Shown here piece by piece: positions 32,311-45,200 of a stretch of 64,000 bases of DNA. Each line of letters begins with the position of its first letter. Positions within the stretch are counted from its first letter, which is position 1. The DNA is taken from NCBI GenBank assembly GCA_044354225.1, contig JBILAM010000001.1, positions 579-64,578 of the forward strand, in the 5' to 3' direction. The position numbers and the translations under genes were made by a program. The notes beneath the pieces are model-generated. The model searched no databases, had not been told where the DNA came from, and saw only the letters and a program-made list of their open reading frames with translations. This stretch comes from Candidatus Planktophila sp. GTDB taxonomy: Bacteria; Actinomycetota; Actinomycetes; Nanopelagicales; Nanopelagicaceae.

Positions 32311-33498
32311 CTACTCCTCTACTACTTCAACATCAATAAAATCATCTTGAGAATCCAAATCTGGATTGTTCAGTGCTCGCACATCTGCCGGAGATTCCGG
32401 ATATTCGATTGCCAGCTTATCTTTATCGCCAGCTACGCCTAGTTTATTGATTCGCCGGGCTGGTGCAAGGACAGTCTTTTCTGCTGTGGGAATGAGATCT
32501 TCATAGGCTTTAGAGGTTTGATTAATTGCCTTACCCACAGCAACAATCTTGGTATGCAAGAGCGTGACATTTTTTAGAAATGTTGCCGCCACCTTGGTGA
32601 TGTCATCAGCATTTTCTGCCAGCTTATTGCGCGTGAAGATATGTCCCACGGTGCGCAGTAACGCCATCATCGATGTGGGAGTTGCCAGTGTGACACCGAC
32701 TTTAAATGCTTTCTCAAGCAAGAGTGGATCAAGGCGAAGTGATTCTGCAAGTAGCGTCTCAAAGGGGAGGAAGAGCACAACAAAGTCAGGGGAGTTCTGA
32801 GATTTGTGATAGCCACGCTTTGCTAGCGCATCGACATGCTTGAGCAAATCCTTGGTGTGTAGCAGGAGTAGTTCATCGCGCTGCGCTTGCTCCTCTGTTC
32901 CAAATGCTTCCAGGAAGCGATCAAAGGGAAACTTGGAGTCGATAAAGAGCTTGGAACCACCAGGCATCGCCACGGTGATATCGGGAATTCCAGAAGAATC
33001 TGAATCTGTTGTTGAACGCTGCGCCACATACTCATGGCCTTCACGTAGCCCGGCTTGTTCTAAGAGAAGTTCTAATTGCGCTTCCCCAAATTTTCCACGA
33101 GTCTGTGAACTAGCTAGTGCACCAGCAATCTTCTTAGTTTCATCAAAGAAGGTGGTCGATGCTTTTCGCATCTCATCAATAGTTCCTACCAATTGCACCT
33201 CAGATGCAATTCTCTTTTCCGATGCTTCCTGTGCTTGCAGGCGCATCCGTTCCACAGTTGTTTTCATCTCTTCCATCTGCGTTGCAATCTTTGTTTCATT
33301 CTCACTCTTGGCCTCTGCCGCTTTTAGGCGATCATCAGATGCCTTGAGCAAGACCTTCACATCGTTGAGCTCTTGGCTAATCGTTGATGTATTGCCACCG
33401 TTTGCTGCAGATTTAATTCTGGAAATCCACAGGCCAAGTGCGAGACCGATAAAGAGGCCGAGAATGAGAGTTATTAAGGTCACCACTGTGCTGGACAT
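32311..33498 (-). CDS. rmuC: DNA recombination protein RmuC
   Basis: N-terminal TM helix and coiled coil; RGKFGEAQL, PD...IDSKFP, DFVVLFLP and ATPTSMMALL motifs. Confidence 0.94.
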   Translation of the reverse strand: MSSTVVTLITLILGLFIGLALGLWISRIKSAANGGNTSTISQELNDVKVLLKASDDRLKAAEAKSENETKIATQMEEMKTTVERMRLQAQEASEKRIASEVQLVGTIDEMRKASTTFFDETKKIAGALASSQTRGKFGEAQLELLLEQAGLREGHEYVAQRSTTDSDSSGIPDITVAMPGGSKLFIDSKFPFDRFLEAFGTEEQAQRDELLLLHTKDLLKHVDALAKRGYHKSQNSPDFVVLFLPFETLLAESLRLDPLLLEKAFKVGVTLATPTSMMALLRTVGHIFTRNKLAENADDITKVAATFLKNVTLLHTKIVAVGKAINQTSKAYEDLIPTAEKTVLAPARRINKLGVAGDKDKLAIEYPESPADVRALNNPDLDSQDDFIDVEVVEE

Positions 33499-33504
33499 GG
33501 GGCA

Positions 33505-33527
33505 ATCGTGGCAGGAGGCACTGACAA
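33505..33527 (-). promoter_or_regulatory. PafBC/RecA-NDp-type DNA-damage promoter for rmuC
   Basis: Minus strand reads TTGTCAGTG, i.e. TGTCAG-N10-CACGAT-6-ATG, matching tTGTCRgtg-8nt-TAnnnT apart from C at the first -10 position. Confidence 0.65.
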
Positions 33528-33549
33528 TCCCCCGTAGGCTGTCCTACTT

Positions 33550-34623
33550 ATGAGCCTCTCAATTGGAATCGTCGGCCTGCCGAATGTCGGAAAGTCGACC
33601 CTCTTTAATGCTCTGACCAAGAACAATGTCTTAGCTGCCAACTATCCCTTTGCCACCATCGAGCCCAATGTTGGCGTCGTGGGCGTTCCGGATGAGCGGC
33701 TTGCAAAGCTGGCCACAATCTTTGGTTCGGAAAAGCTTCTTCCGGCCGCACTCTCCTTCGTTGATATTGCCGGAATTGTGAAAGGCGCATCTGAGGGCGC
33801 CGGCCTTGGAAATAAGTTCCTGGCCAATATTCGTGAGACCGATGCCATCTGTCAGGTCATCCGCGTCTTTACCGATGGCGATGTGGTTCACGTGGATGGA
33901 AGGATCGATCCTGCCAGTGACATGGAAACAATCAATATGGAACTTGCGCTCGCAGATCTACAGACTATTGAGAAAGCAATCCCGCGGCTTGAGAAAGAGG
34001 CGCGCGTTGCGAAAGAGAAGGCCCCGGTTTTAGCGGCGGTCAAGGAAGCCAATGAGTGGTTGCAATCAGGAAAGCCGCTCTCACAGTCAAAGATTGATCG
34101 CGAACTTTTGCATGAACTTCATCTGCTCACTGCCAAACCATTTCTTTATGTCTTTAACGTCGATGCCGCCGAACTTGCTGACCTTGAACTGCGCACAAAG
34201 TTATCAGCACTCGTTGCGCCAGCAGAGGCAATCTTTCTCGATGCCAAGACTGAGGCCGAACTTGCTGAACTCTCTGATGAGGATGCACTCGAACTCTTGC
34301 AAGCAATTGGTTTAAGTGAACCAGGGTTAGCTACTCTTGCCCGAGTTGGTTTTGCTACTTTGGGGTTACAAACTTATTTAACTGCAGGTCCAAAGGAGAC
34401 ACGCGCCTGGACCATTCATAAAGGTGACACTGCGCCCATGGCGGCCGGCGTCATTCACACAGATTTCCAAAAAGGTTTCATTAAAGCTGAAATCGTCTCT
34501 TTTACCGACTTGGTAGAAGCGGGCACAATGACTGAAGCGAAAGCTAAAGGCAAGGTGCGTATGGAAGGTAAGGAATACATCATGCAAGACGGAGACGTAG
34601 TGGAGTTCAGATTCAATGTCTAA
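33550..34623 (+). CDS. ychF: Redox-regulated ATPase YchF
   Basis: [32 protein letters not shown] and FIKAE motifs. Confidence 0.97.
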   Translation: MSLSIGIVGLPNVGKSTLFNALTKNNVLAANYPFATIEPNVGVVGVPDERLAKLATIFGSEKLLPAALSFVDIAGIVKGASEGAGLGNKFLANIRETDAICQVIRVFTDGDVVHVDGRIDPASDMETINMELALADLQTIEKAIPRLEKEARVAKEKAPVLAAVKEANEWLQSGKPLSQSKIDRELLHELHLLTAKPFLYVFNVDAAELADLELRTKLSALVAPAEAIFLDAKTEAELAELSDEDALELLQAIGLSEPGLATLARVGFATLGLQTYLTAGPKETRAWTIHKGDTAPMAAGVIHTDFQKGFIKAEIVSFTDLVEAGTMTEAKAKGKVRMEGKEYIMQDGDVVEFRFNV

Positions 34624-36544
34624 TAGCCCAGCACTTAATACCGCCAGAGCACGCCTAAACCAGGCTCACCTCAAGGATCTTCCAAAGAAGACCCGTGACA
34701 ACCTTCGCAACGTTGCGATCATTGCTCACGTTGACCATGGAAAGACCACACTCGTTGATGCGATGTTGTGGCAATCCGGAGCTTTCGCTGCTTATAAGAA
34801 GCAAGAAGAAGGCCAAGACCGCATGATGGATTCAATGGATCTAGAACGCGAAAAGGGCATCACAATTCTTGCCAAGAACACTTCGGTAAGACGTGGTGAC
34901 ACCATCATCAACATCATTGACACACCAGGCCACGCAGATTTCGGTGGCGAGGTTGAACGTGGTCTGGAAATGGTCGATGGCGTTATTTTGCTCGTCGATG
35001 CTTCCGAAGGTCCACTGCCACAAACACGTTTCGTATTGCGCAAAGCGCTGCAGAAGAATCTTCCGGTCATTCTCCTTATTAATAAGGTGGATCGCCCCGA
35101 TTCCCGTATTGCCGAAGTTGTTGATGAGGCTTACGCACTCTTCCTTGATCTAGATGCCAATGAAGAACAGATCGAATTTCCGGTTGTCTATGCATCAGCT
35201 AAGGCAGGTCGCGCTTCCCTGACACGTCCAGCAGATGGTGGAATGCCGGTAGAAGAAAATCTTGATGTGCTATTCGACACTATCTTCGCAACAATTCCAG
35301 CACCTGTTTATCACGAAGGCGCGCCCCTTCAGGCACACGTGACAAACCTTGACTCTTCACCATTTCTTGGACGTTTGGCGCTCTGCCGCGTGCACGAAGG
35401 TGTGATTAAGAAAGGCCAAACTGTTTCCTGGATTAAGACTGATGGCACTACAGAGCGAGTAAAGATTTCCGAACTACTTATGACCGAAGCACTCGAGCGG
35501 GTTCCAGCACTGGAAGCTCATCCTGGAGACATCATTGCCGTTGCCGGTATTGAAACTATTACCTTGGGTGAAACACTTGCCGACTTAGAAAATCCACATC
35601 AATTACCACTAATTACTGTCGATGAACCATCGATTTCGATGACAATCGGTATCAACACATCACCACTAGCGGGCAAGAGCGGCAAGATGCTTACCGCGCG
35701 TCAAGTAAAAGATCGTCTTGATAAAGAGCTCGTTGGTAACGTTTCACTGCGTGTTCTAAATACCGAACGTCCTGATACTTGGGAAGTTCAAGGTCGCGGT
35801 GAACTTCAGCTCGCTGTGCTTGTGGAAATCATGAAGCGCGAAAGTTTTGAACTCACAGTGGGTAAGCCACAGGTAGTAACAAAGATGATTGATGGAAAAC
35901 TTCATGAACCAATGGAGCGCTTATCTATTGATGCACCGGAAGATTATCTGGGTGTGCTTACACAATTGATGGCACTTCGTAAGGGTCGCATGGAACAGAT
36001 GGTCAATCACGGAACCGGATGGATTCGACTTGATTACAAAGTTCCATCACGTGGCCTGATTGGTTTCCGGACTGAGTTCCTTACCGAAACTCGCGGCACG
36101 GGTTTACTGCACCATGTATTTGATTCATACGAGCCATGGTTTGGTGAACTTCGCACCCGTGGCACCGGTTCCCTTGTCTCAGACCGCATCGGCGTCGTGA
36201 CCTCATATGCCCTAGCTGGAATTCAAGAACGAGGATCTATCTTCGTTGAACCCGGTGATGAGGTTTATGAAGGCATGGTTATCGGTGAGAACTCACGTTC
36301 TGATGATATGGATGTCAACTGTGTTCGTGAGAAGAAACTAACCAATATGCGTGCATCAGGTACGGATGATTCGGAAAAGTTGATTCCACCTAAGAAGCTC
36401 AATATGGAAGGCGCTCTTGAGTACTGCCGCGAAGATGAATGCGTGGAAGTAACTCCAGCAGTTGTTCGCATCCGTAAGGTCACACTCGACGGGCCAGAGC
36501 GCGCTCGAGCCACATCTCGAGCAAAGAAGAATAATCAGAGCTAA
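34616..36544 (+). CDS. typA: Translational GTPase TypA/BipA
   Basis: AHVDHGKTTLVD, EREKGITILAKN, GRGELQL and KKLTNMRASG motifs. Confidence 0.97.
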   Translation: MSNSPALNTARARLNQAHLKDLPKKTRDNLRNVAIIAHVDHGKTTLVDAMLWQSGAFAAYKKQEEGQDRMMDSMDLEREKGITILAKNTSVRRGDTIINIIDTPGHADFGGEVERGLEMVDGVILLVDASEGPLPQTRFVLRKALQKNLPVILLINKVDRPDSRIAEVVDEAYALFLDLDANEEQIEFPVVYASAKAGRASLTRPADGGMPVEENLDVLFDTIFATIPAPVYHEGAPLQAHVTNLDSSPFLGRLALCRVHEGVIKKGQTVSWIKTDGTTERVKISELLMTEALERVPALEAHPGDIIAVAGIETITLGETLADLENPHQLPLITVDEPSISMTIGINTSPLAGKSGKMLTARQVKDRLDKELVGNVSLRVLNTERPDTWEVQGRGELQLAVLVEIMKRESFELTVGKPQVVTKMIDGKLHEPMERLSIDAPEDYLGVLTQLMALRKGRMEQMVNHGTGWIRLDYKVPSRGLIGFRTEFLTETRGTGLLHHVFDSYEPWFGELRTRGTGSLVSDRIGVVTSYALAGIQERGSIFVEPGDEVYEGMVIGENSRSDDMDVNCVREKKLTNMRASGTDDSEKLIPPKKLNMEGALEYCREDECVEVTPAVVRIRKVTLDGPERARATSRAKKNNQS

Positions 36545-36578
36545 TTGACCGGAGCTAATCGACCAGTGTTAATTCACC
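36537..36578. repeat. Three imperfect tandem 14-bp repeats
   Basis: AGAGCTAATTGACC / GGAGCTAATCGACC / AGTGTTAATTCACC. Confidence 0.6.
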
Positions 36579-36623
36579 TTGGGCTCACGTGACTTGTCAC
36601 CGCCGTAGGGTTAAATAGCAACT

Positions 36624-39600
36624 ATGAGTAAGCAGAACCCTTCATCACCGCTTCGCCTTGTGCGCAGCAGTGATGAGGGGTTTCTGCCTTTCTCGGGCGC
36701 GAATGTATTAAGTGCAGAGCAGCAAGCAGCCATTGCCCACCGCGGTTCCCCGCTGATTATCACTGGCGCCACCGGCACTGGAAAAACGACAGTTGTTATT
36801 GAATCCGCACTAGCGCGTATCACAGCAGGCCAAAGCCCCGATTCAATTCTGATAATTGCCTACGGCCGCGAACGTGCATCTGAAATTCGCGATGCCATTG
36901 TTACACGATCGGCTAAGACGGCACATGAACCACTAGCACGCACATTTCACTCGCTCGCTTATTCAATCCTTAAGATGCGCACCGCAGAGAACGTGCGCGA
37001 AATTATTTTGTTATCGGGTGCCGAACAAGAGACTTTTATCGCGCAGTTATTAGATGGTGATATCGAAGATGGCTATCAACAATGGCATGCCGATTTGCAT
37101 CGCACAGAGCAATCACTAGGTGAGCCGCTACAGACCCAAGGATTTGTGCGCGAACTTCGTGACCTGATTATGCGTGCTAATGAACGTGGAATTACCCCGG
37201 AAGATTTAGAGATTCGTGGAAAGCAATTAGGTGAGAAATATTGGCCAGGTGCGGCTCAATTCTGGAAACGCTATTTAGGTGCCATGACGTTGCAAGAAGT
37301 GCTGGCCGGTGATGCCAAGGTGCGCATTGACCCATCAGAGATTATTAACACTGCAATTAATTATTTGCGGGCCAACCCCGAACTCCTCACAGAGTTGCGC
37401 GCACGATTTAGCACGATCATTGTTGATGAATTTCAAGAAAGTGATCCGGGGCAACGAAACCTATTACAACTATTAGCTGGGCAAGATCTCGTGATTATCG
37501 CTGATGCAGCTAGTGCTGTGGGCAGATTCCGGGGCGCTGACCCAGAAGGAGTTGCGGCAGTGCTTGATTCATATCTGGCAAGTGGTGCCAAGAAGATTGA
37601 ACTCACAAATAATTTCCGTGGCACTCCTGCCACACAAGCTGTGCGACTCTCTTCTGAATCAGAGGAAGCGCAATACATTGCATATCAATTTAAACGGGCA
37701 CATCTCATGGGTGGCGTTGCCTATTCGCAGATGGCAGTGATCGTGCGCGCACATGGACAGAGCGCAGCAGCTATTCGCAGAGCCTTCGCTCAAGTCGCTA
37801 TTCCCACCGCAGGTGATGTGGAAGCGCTAGCTGATAACGCTGCCATTGCGCCATTTTTACTAATTGCACGAGTGGCAACAGGTGCGCAGCCACTGAACCT
37901 AGAAACAGCGGAGAAGTTACTCACCAGCGAATTCGGTGGGGCAACATCGGTTTCCCTACGTCGCACACGTGCCGCACTCTTGGCTGCTCGCGATGAAGCA
38001 CACGATAAACGATCTGGCACACAGCTTATTCTCGATGCCATCACAACCGGTGATGTTGCAATTGAAGACTCTGCCGAACTGCTTCGTATTTACAACCTAA
38101 TAACTGCTGCAAAGAAAGCTATAGCGAAGAAGAGCGCCACAATTCACGATCTATTGTGGGCAATCTGGAATAACGCGGTAAATAGCGAGAATGAAAAGAT
38201 TTCAGAATCATGGCGCACAGCTGCCCTGAAAGGTGGCTCCCGTGGGGCTGGCGCTGATCGAGATCTCGATGCCATGATTCAACTCTTTGATACCGCAGCT
38301 CGCCACATTGAACGCTTCCCAGGTGCTAAACCTGAACTATTTTTAAAAGAGATTGAGAATGAAACGATTGTTTCAGACCTTATTACTTCGCGGGGAGTGC
38401 GCCCAGATGTGGTTGAGATCCTCACCGTGCACTCTGCAAAGGGACGACAGTGGAGCCATGTTGCAGTAGCTGGTGTGCAAGAAGGAACGTGGCCAAATCT
38501 AAAGCAACGTAGCTCGCTATTGGGCGCCGAACGATTAGTAGAGCGCGTGCGACATGGTGATGAGCTTGCCCAAACTACGCTGGATATGATTGCCGCAGAT
38601 TCACTTGCCCAAGATGAAGCGCGTTTATTTCATGTGGCAACAACACGTGCCTCAGAGTCACTGCTTGTCACAGCAGTTGCGCGCGAAGATCTCACACCAT
38701 CTATCTTCTTTGAAGATTTCGCACATTCATGTGGCGCATCTGATGCCACAATTGAAATTCCAAGGCCACTGACAGCGCCGGCACTTGTTGCCACCTTGCG
38801 CCGGCAGGTAACTCTTACTGGAAACACCGGTGCGGCAGCACTACTTAAGACTTTGGGCGCTAATGGAATACATCTAGCGCAGCCTTCGCAATGGCTGGGA
38901 TCAGCGCCGATTACTACTGATGCACCAGTAATCGATGCCGGTGCACTTGTGCCAGTTTCACCCTCAGGGGCAGAGAACTTCACCGAGTGCGGACTGAAAT
39001 GGTTTCTGGAAAAGAGCGGTGGCACCGATGGTGATTCCACAGCGCAGCTTTTAGGCTCTGTCATTCACGAATTTGCTCGCCTTAAGGTTGATGAACCGGC
39101 AATTACTGATGAGCAATTGCAACACAAACTCCTTGAATCATGGCCGCTAATTGATGATAGCCAGGGATGGATTAGTCATGCCGCTCTTGCTCGTGCCCAA
39201 AAGATGTTGGAGCGATTCTCAATTTTTCATAGTAAGTCATTAGCCGATAACAACCGAAGCGTTGCTGGAGTTGAGCAGAGTTTTGAAATCACGGTAGGTC
39301 GGGCAGTCATTCGAGGAAATGTGGATCGGATTGAAGTCGATAGTGATGGCAGGCATTACATCATTGATTTTAAGACTGGCAAGAAAGAGATTTCCGGAGA
39401 TGATGCCAAATCAAACCTGCAACTTGCTTGCTATCAGCTCGGAGTTGTTCTTAATGGATTCGAGGAGAAGCTAAAGTCAACTGCTGTCTCTGGCGCCCAG
39501 CTTGTCTATCTTGCAAGTAAAAATAAGAGTTACAGCACCCGCGAACAAGATGCGTTAGTTGATATTGATGCCACCCAAACTATTCTGGAAGAGATTGCTG

Positions 39601-39710
39601 TGGGTATGGGCGGTGCCACCTTTACTGCTCGTAAGAACGATATGTGTAAGGGTTGCAAGGTCAAACCTTCATGTCCGCTCTATCTTGAAGGCAAAGCGGT
39701 GCATCAATGA
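36624..39710 (+). CDS. adnA: AdnA-like helicase-nuclease subunit
   Basis: GATGTGKT, VDEFQE and TVHSAKG motifs; C-terminal PD-(D/E)xK nuclease (VDRIE, IDFKTG, QLACY) with four Cys. Confidence 0.85.
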   Translation: MSKQNPSSPLRLVRSSDEGFLPFSGANVLSAEQQAAIAHRGSPLIITGATGTGKTTVVIESALARITAGQSPDSILIIAYGRERASEIRDAIVTRSAKTAHEPLARTFHSLAYSILKMRTAENVREIILLSGAEQETFIAQLLDGDIEDGYQQWHADLHRTEQSLGEPLQTQGFVRELRDLIMRANERGITPEDLEIRGKQLGEKYWPGAAQFWKRYLGAMTLQEVLAGDAKVRIDPSEIINTAINYLRANPELLTELRARFSTIIVDEFQESDPGQRNLLQLLAGQDLVIIADAASAVGRFRGADPEGVAAVLDSYLASGAKKIELTNNFRGTPATQAVRLSSESEEAQYIAYQFKRAHLMGGVAYSQMAVIVRAHGQSAAAIRRAFAQVAIPTAGDVEALADNAAIAPFLLIARVATGAQPLNLETAEKLLTSEFGGATSVSLRRTRAALLAARDEAHDKRSGTQLILDAITTGDVAIEDSAELLRIYNLITAAKKAIAKKSATIHDLLWAIWNNAVNSENEKISESWRTAALKGGSRGAGADRDLDAMIQLFDTAARHIERFPGAKPELFLKEIENETIVSDLITSRGVRPDVVEILTVHSAKGRQWSHVAVAGVQEGTWPNLKQRSSLLGAERLVERVRHGDELAQTTLDMIAADSLAQDEARLFHVATTRASESLLVTAVAREDLTPSIFFEDFAHSCGASDATIEIPRPLTAPALVATLRRQVTLTGNTGAAALLKTLGANGIHLAQPSQWLGSAPITTDAPVIDAGALVPVSPSGAENFTECGLKWFLEKSGGTDGDSTAQLLGSVIHEFARLKVDEPAITDEQLQHKLLESWPLIDDSQGWISHAALARAQKMLERFSIFHSKSLADNNRSVAGVEQSFEITVGRAVIRGNVDRIEVDSDGRHYIIDFKTGKKEISGDDAKSNLQLACYQLGVVLNGFEEKLKSTAVSGAQLVYLASKNKSYSTREQDALVDIDATQTILEEIAVGMGGATFTARKNDMCKGCKVKPSCPLYLEGKAVHQ

Positions 39711-42700
39711 TTGAGACGTACACACCTGATGAAGTAGCGAAGATGATTATCTCTATCGATCCCACATTCCATCTTCCATCTGATGAGCAGCGCCCCATCA
39801 TCTCAATCTTTGATAATCCACTTGAGCCAGCTGTTGTGATTGCTGGCGCAGGTTCTGGCAAGACTGAGACCATGGCGGCGCGCGTTGTGTATTTAGTTGC
39901 CAATAGTTTCGCCCGCCCCGATCAAATTCTTGGCCTAACTTTTACGCGCAAGGCCGCCGGTGAACTCAATACCCGTATTCGAAAGCGTCTGCGCCAATTC
40001 CAACAGGCAGCAGATAAGCAAGGCATAGAGCGGACATTTAGCAGCCTAGAGACAGCAGTTACTACCTATCACTCCTATGCCGGGCGCTTACTTAGCGAAC
40101 ATGCAATTCGTTATGGCATTGATGCTGATGTGCAGCCGTTAGGTGAGGCAGCGCTCTGGATGTCTGCCAATAAATTAGTACGCGAGTGGGATGACGGCAG
40201 CTTTAATTCAAATGATGCAGCGAGCACGGTTGTGAAAGATTTACTGGGACTTACCTCGATGGTCTTAGAACATCGCGTGAGCGTAGATCAAATAAGAAGT
40301 GCCGATGAGAAAGTTCTTGAGCAACTTGCGCAGATGACTGGTGCAACTAATGAAGAGACACGTCGGGTGGCAAAAGTTCTCAACCAGCGCATTGCCATGC
40401 TGCCAATGATGGAAGCATTTTTGGAGGAACGCAGAAAATCCGGTGAACTCTCATTTGATGATCAGATAGCACTTGCTGCAGATATCGCAGTTAACTTTGC
40501 AGATGTCGGTGTACTTGAACGCGCTAAATATCCAGTCGTACTACTTGATGAGTATCAAGACACATCGCAATCACAGGTGCGTTTGCTGTCAGCGCTCTTC
40601 GGTGGCGGCCATCCAGTTACCGCCGTCGGTGACCCCTGCCAATCCATCTACACCTGGCGCGGTGCATCTTCTGGAACGATTAGTGCATTTAACGCAAACT
40701 TTCCAAAGGCGGCTGGTGCCACCGGTAAGAAGATTTATGAATTACTGACAACCTATCGAAACGATAGATCAATTCTCGCTCTGGCAAATGAAATCTCGGC
40801 TGGCGTGCGCGAACTTGAGGGCATTAATGTTGCCGCGCTCAAGCCATACGATGATGCAGGTGCTGGTGATCTCACCTGTGGAATCTTTGAAAATCTTGAG
40901 GCAGAGGCAGCTGCAATCGCGGAATACTTTGCGCCGTTATGGAATAACCCAAGTCGCTTGCAACCGCACCTAAAAGTTCCCCGCACCTTCGCGGTCTTGG
41001 TACGAAAGCGGGCCCAGATAGCACTCATTCAAGAGGCGCTAGCAAAGGCGGGGATACCGTCTGAAGTCCTTGGTTTAGGCGGACTTGTGCATGTTCCGGA
41101 GATTGCAGATCTGGTAGCAACGCTGAAAATTATTAACAATCCAAGCGCTGGTGCATCACTGATGCGTCACTTAACTGGGCCACGCATCAACTTAGGCCCA
41201 CGCGATATTGCCGCCCTTGGTCGCTTTGCACGTTCGCGATCAGAGGCGCTCTCATCTGATAGTCGCAGCATTGTGAAGAACATTGTTGCCGGCAATCCAG
41301 CATCCGCCGAAGCCGATGACCAATTTATTGGAAGTGTTATTGATGCACTCGATGAAATCGAGAAGTGTGACAAATCTAAGTTCAGCAGCGCTGGCTACCA
41401 ACGACTTGCCACCTTTGCATCCGACTTGCGTCGCCTGCGCTCTCGTGCATCAGCTCCCATTACTGATCTCATCGTGGAAATTGAGCGCTACCTAAACTTA
41501 GAGACCGAAGTGATGTTACGAGATGGTGGCACACATGGCCGTCGCCACCTTGATCGCTTTATGGATGAGGCGGCAAAATTTGCTCGTAGCGGTGGATCAC
41601 TTTCGGCCTTCTTGCAATGGCTAGATGTTGCAAGTGAAGAAGAAGGTGGACTTAAAGCTGGTGCACCGGAGGCTGATGCCAGTGTGGTTCAGATTCTCAC
41701 CGTGCATATGGCAAAAGGCGCCGAATGGGATGTAGTTGCAGTTCCAGGGTTAGCGCAGGGGACATTTCCTGGTGCAAATGCAAGTGATCCCGATAACTGG
41801 ATAACAAATGAACGCCACATTCCTTTTGCGCTGCGCGGAGATGCCGACATTCTGCCCACGTTTTCGTGGAACGCGGCAACAACTAATGCACAAGCTAAGA
41901 AGGCGATAGATGCCTTTGCCCAAGAGTGTGTTGATTTTAAGATGCGGGAAGAGATTCGTCTGGGTTATGTTGCTATTACGCGTGCACGTACTCACTTGTT
42001 CGCCTCCACCTCATTTTGGCGCGATGGCGCAAAACCAGTACAACCATCTGTGCTCTATGAGAAGGTGCAACAGATAGCAAGTCAGTGCGGCACAGTGCTC
42101 AGCGCCCCCACCGCACCGGAGAGCACCGAGCGAAACCCGGCCAAAGATATTGAGATTACAGCGCAGTGGCCACGAGATTCACTTGGAGATCGGCGCGCAG
42201 ATTTCGATCGCACCGTTGCACTGGTTGAGTCGGCTGCGCCGCTTGACCTCAACGCACCTGCAGCGGCAGAACTGGCAGAACTAGTCGAGGATGCGCGGGC
42301 AATCATTGCCGAATTTGAAGAGTTTAAATTAGGTGCGCGCGATGTTGCACTTCCGGCCCGGCTCTCAACTTCCACACTCATTGCACTCCATGAAGATCCG
42401 GCAGAACTTGCTCGCACCATTCGCCGCCCGATGCCACGAGCCATGGATGAGTACTCACATCGCGGAACAGCATTTCACTTATGGATTGAGAACCATTTCA
42501 ATGCCAAGACTCTCTTTGATGATGAAGATTTTGATTTACTAACACCGTTTGAAGAAGATCAGAAACTTGAAGATCTAAAAGCGAAGTGGCTGGCATCTGA
42601 TTGGGCGAAGTTACAACCGCACGCAGTAGAAGTTCCTTTTGAAACTGTTATTGCTGGCGTGCTTGTGCGCGGTCGTATTGACGCCGTCTATAAGACCACT

Positions 42701-42919
42701 AGCGGCTATGAAGTAGTTGATTGGAAGACTGGCTCGAAGACTTTAGGTGAATCATCTGCGGTGCAGCTAGCGGTCTATCGACTTGCCTGGGCTAAGTTGC
42801 AGGGGATTTCAGTCGAGCAAGTCGCCGCCGCTTTTTATTATGTGCCCATAAATAAAACAGATCGGCGAGCAAATCTTCTAAGTGAAGATGAGCTCACCGA
42901 TCTGTTATTACTTAAGTAA
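39707..42919 (+). CDS. adnB: AdnB-like helicase-nuclease subunit
   Basis: AGAGSGKTETM, LDEYQDTS, TVHMAKGAEW and YVAITRAR motifs; RecB-like nuclease (GRIDAVY, VDWKTG, QLAVY). Confidence 0.88.
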   Translation: MIETYTPDEVAKMIISIDPTFHLPSDEQRPIISIFDNPLEPAVVIAGAGSGKTETMAARVVYLVANSFARPDQILGLTFTRKAAGELNTRIRKRLRQFQQAADKQGIERTFSSLETAVTTYHSYAGRLLSEHAIRYGIDADVQPLGEAALWMSANKLVREWDDGSFNSNDAASTVVKDLLGLTSMVLEHRVSVDQIRSADEKVLEQLAQMTGATNEETRRVAKVLNQRIAMLPMMEAFLEERRKSGELSFDDQIALAADIAVNFADVGVLERAKYPVVLLDEYQDTSQSQVRLLSALFGGGHPVTAVGDPCQSIYTWRGASSGTISAFNANFPKAAGATGKKIYELLTTYRNDRSILALANEISAGVRELEGINVAALKPYDDAGAGDLTCGIFENLEAEAAAIAEYFAPLWNNPSRLQPHLKVPRTFAVLVRKRAQIALIQEALAKAGIPSEVLGLGGLVHVPEIADLVATLKIINNPSAGASLMRHLTGPRINLGPRDIAALGRFARSRSEALSSDSRSIVKNIVAGNPASAEADDQFIGSVIDALDEIEKCDKSKFSSAGYQRLATFASDLRRLRSRASAPITDLIVEIERYLNLETEVMLRDGGTHGRRHLDRFMDEAAKFARSGGSLSAFLQWLDVASEEEGGLKAGAPEADASVVQILTVHMAKGAEWDVVAVPGLAQGTFPGANASDPDNWITNERHIPFALRGDADILPTFSWNAATTNAQAKKAIDAFAQECVDFKMREEIRLGYVAITRARTHLFASTSFWRDGAKPVQPSVLYEKVQQIASQCGTVLSAPTAPESTERNPAKDIEITAQWPRDSLGDRRADFDRTVALVESAAPLDLNAPAAAELAELVEDARAIIAEFEEFKLGARDVALPARLSTSTLIALHEDPAELARTIRRPMPRAMDEYSHRGTAFHLWIENHFNAKTLFDDEDFDLLTPFEEDQKLEDLKAKWLASDWAKLQPHAVEVPFETVIAGVLVRGRIDAVYKTTSGYEVVDWKTGSKTLGESSAVQLAVYRLAWAKLQGISVEQVAAAFYYVPINKTDRRANLLSEDELTDLLLLK

Positions 42920-42920
42920 T

Positions 42921-45200
<2,280 letters not shown>

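Noticed and set aside
32840-33553. 237-aa ORF antisense to rmuC (and similar shadow ORFs at 52551-53117, 6731-7267 and 55983-56507)
   Set aside because: They lie opposite well-supported genes, have low-complexity Ser/Arg-rich translations and lack motifs.
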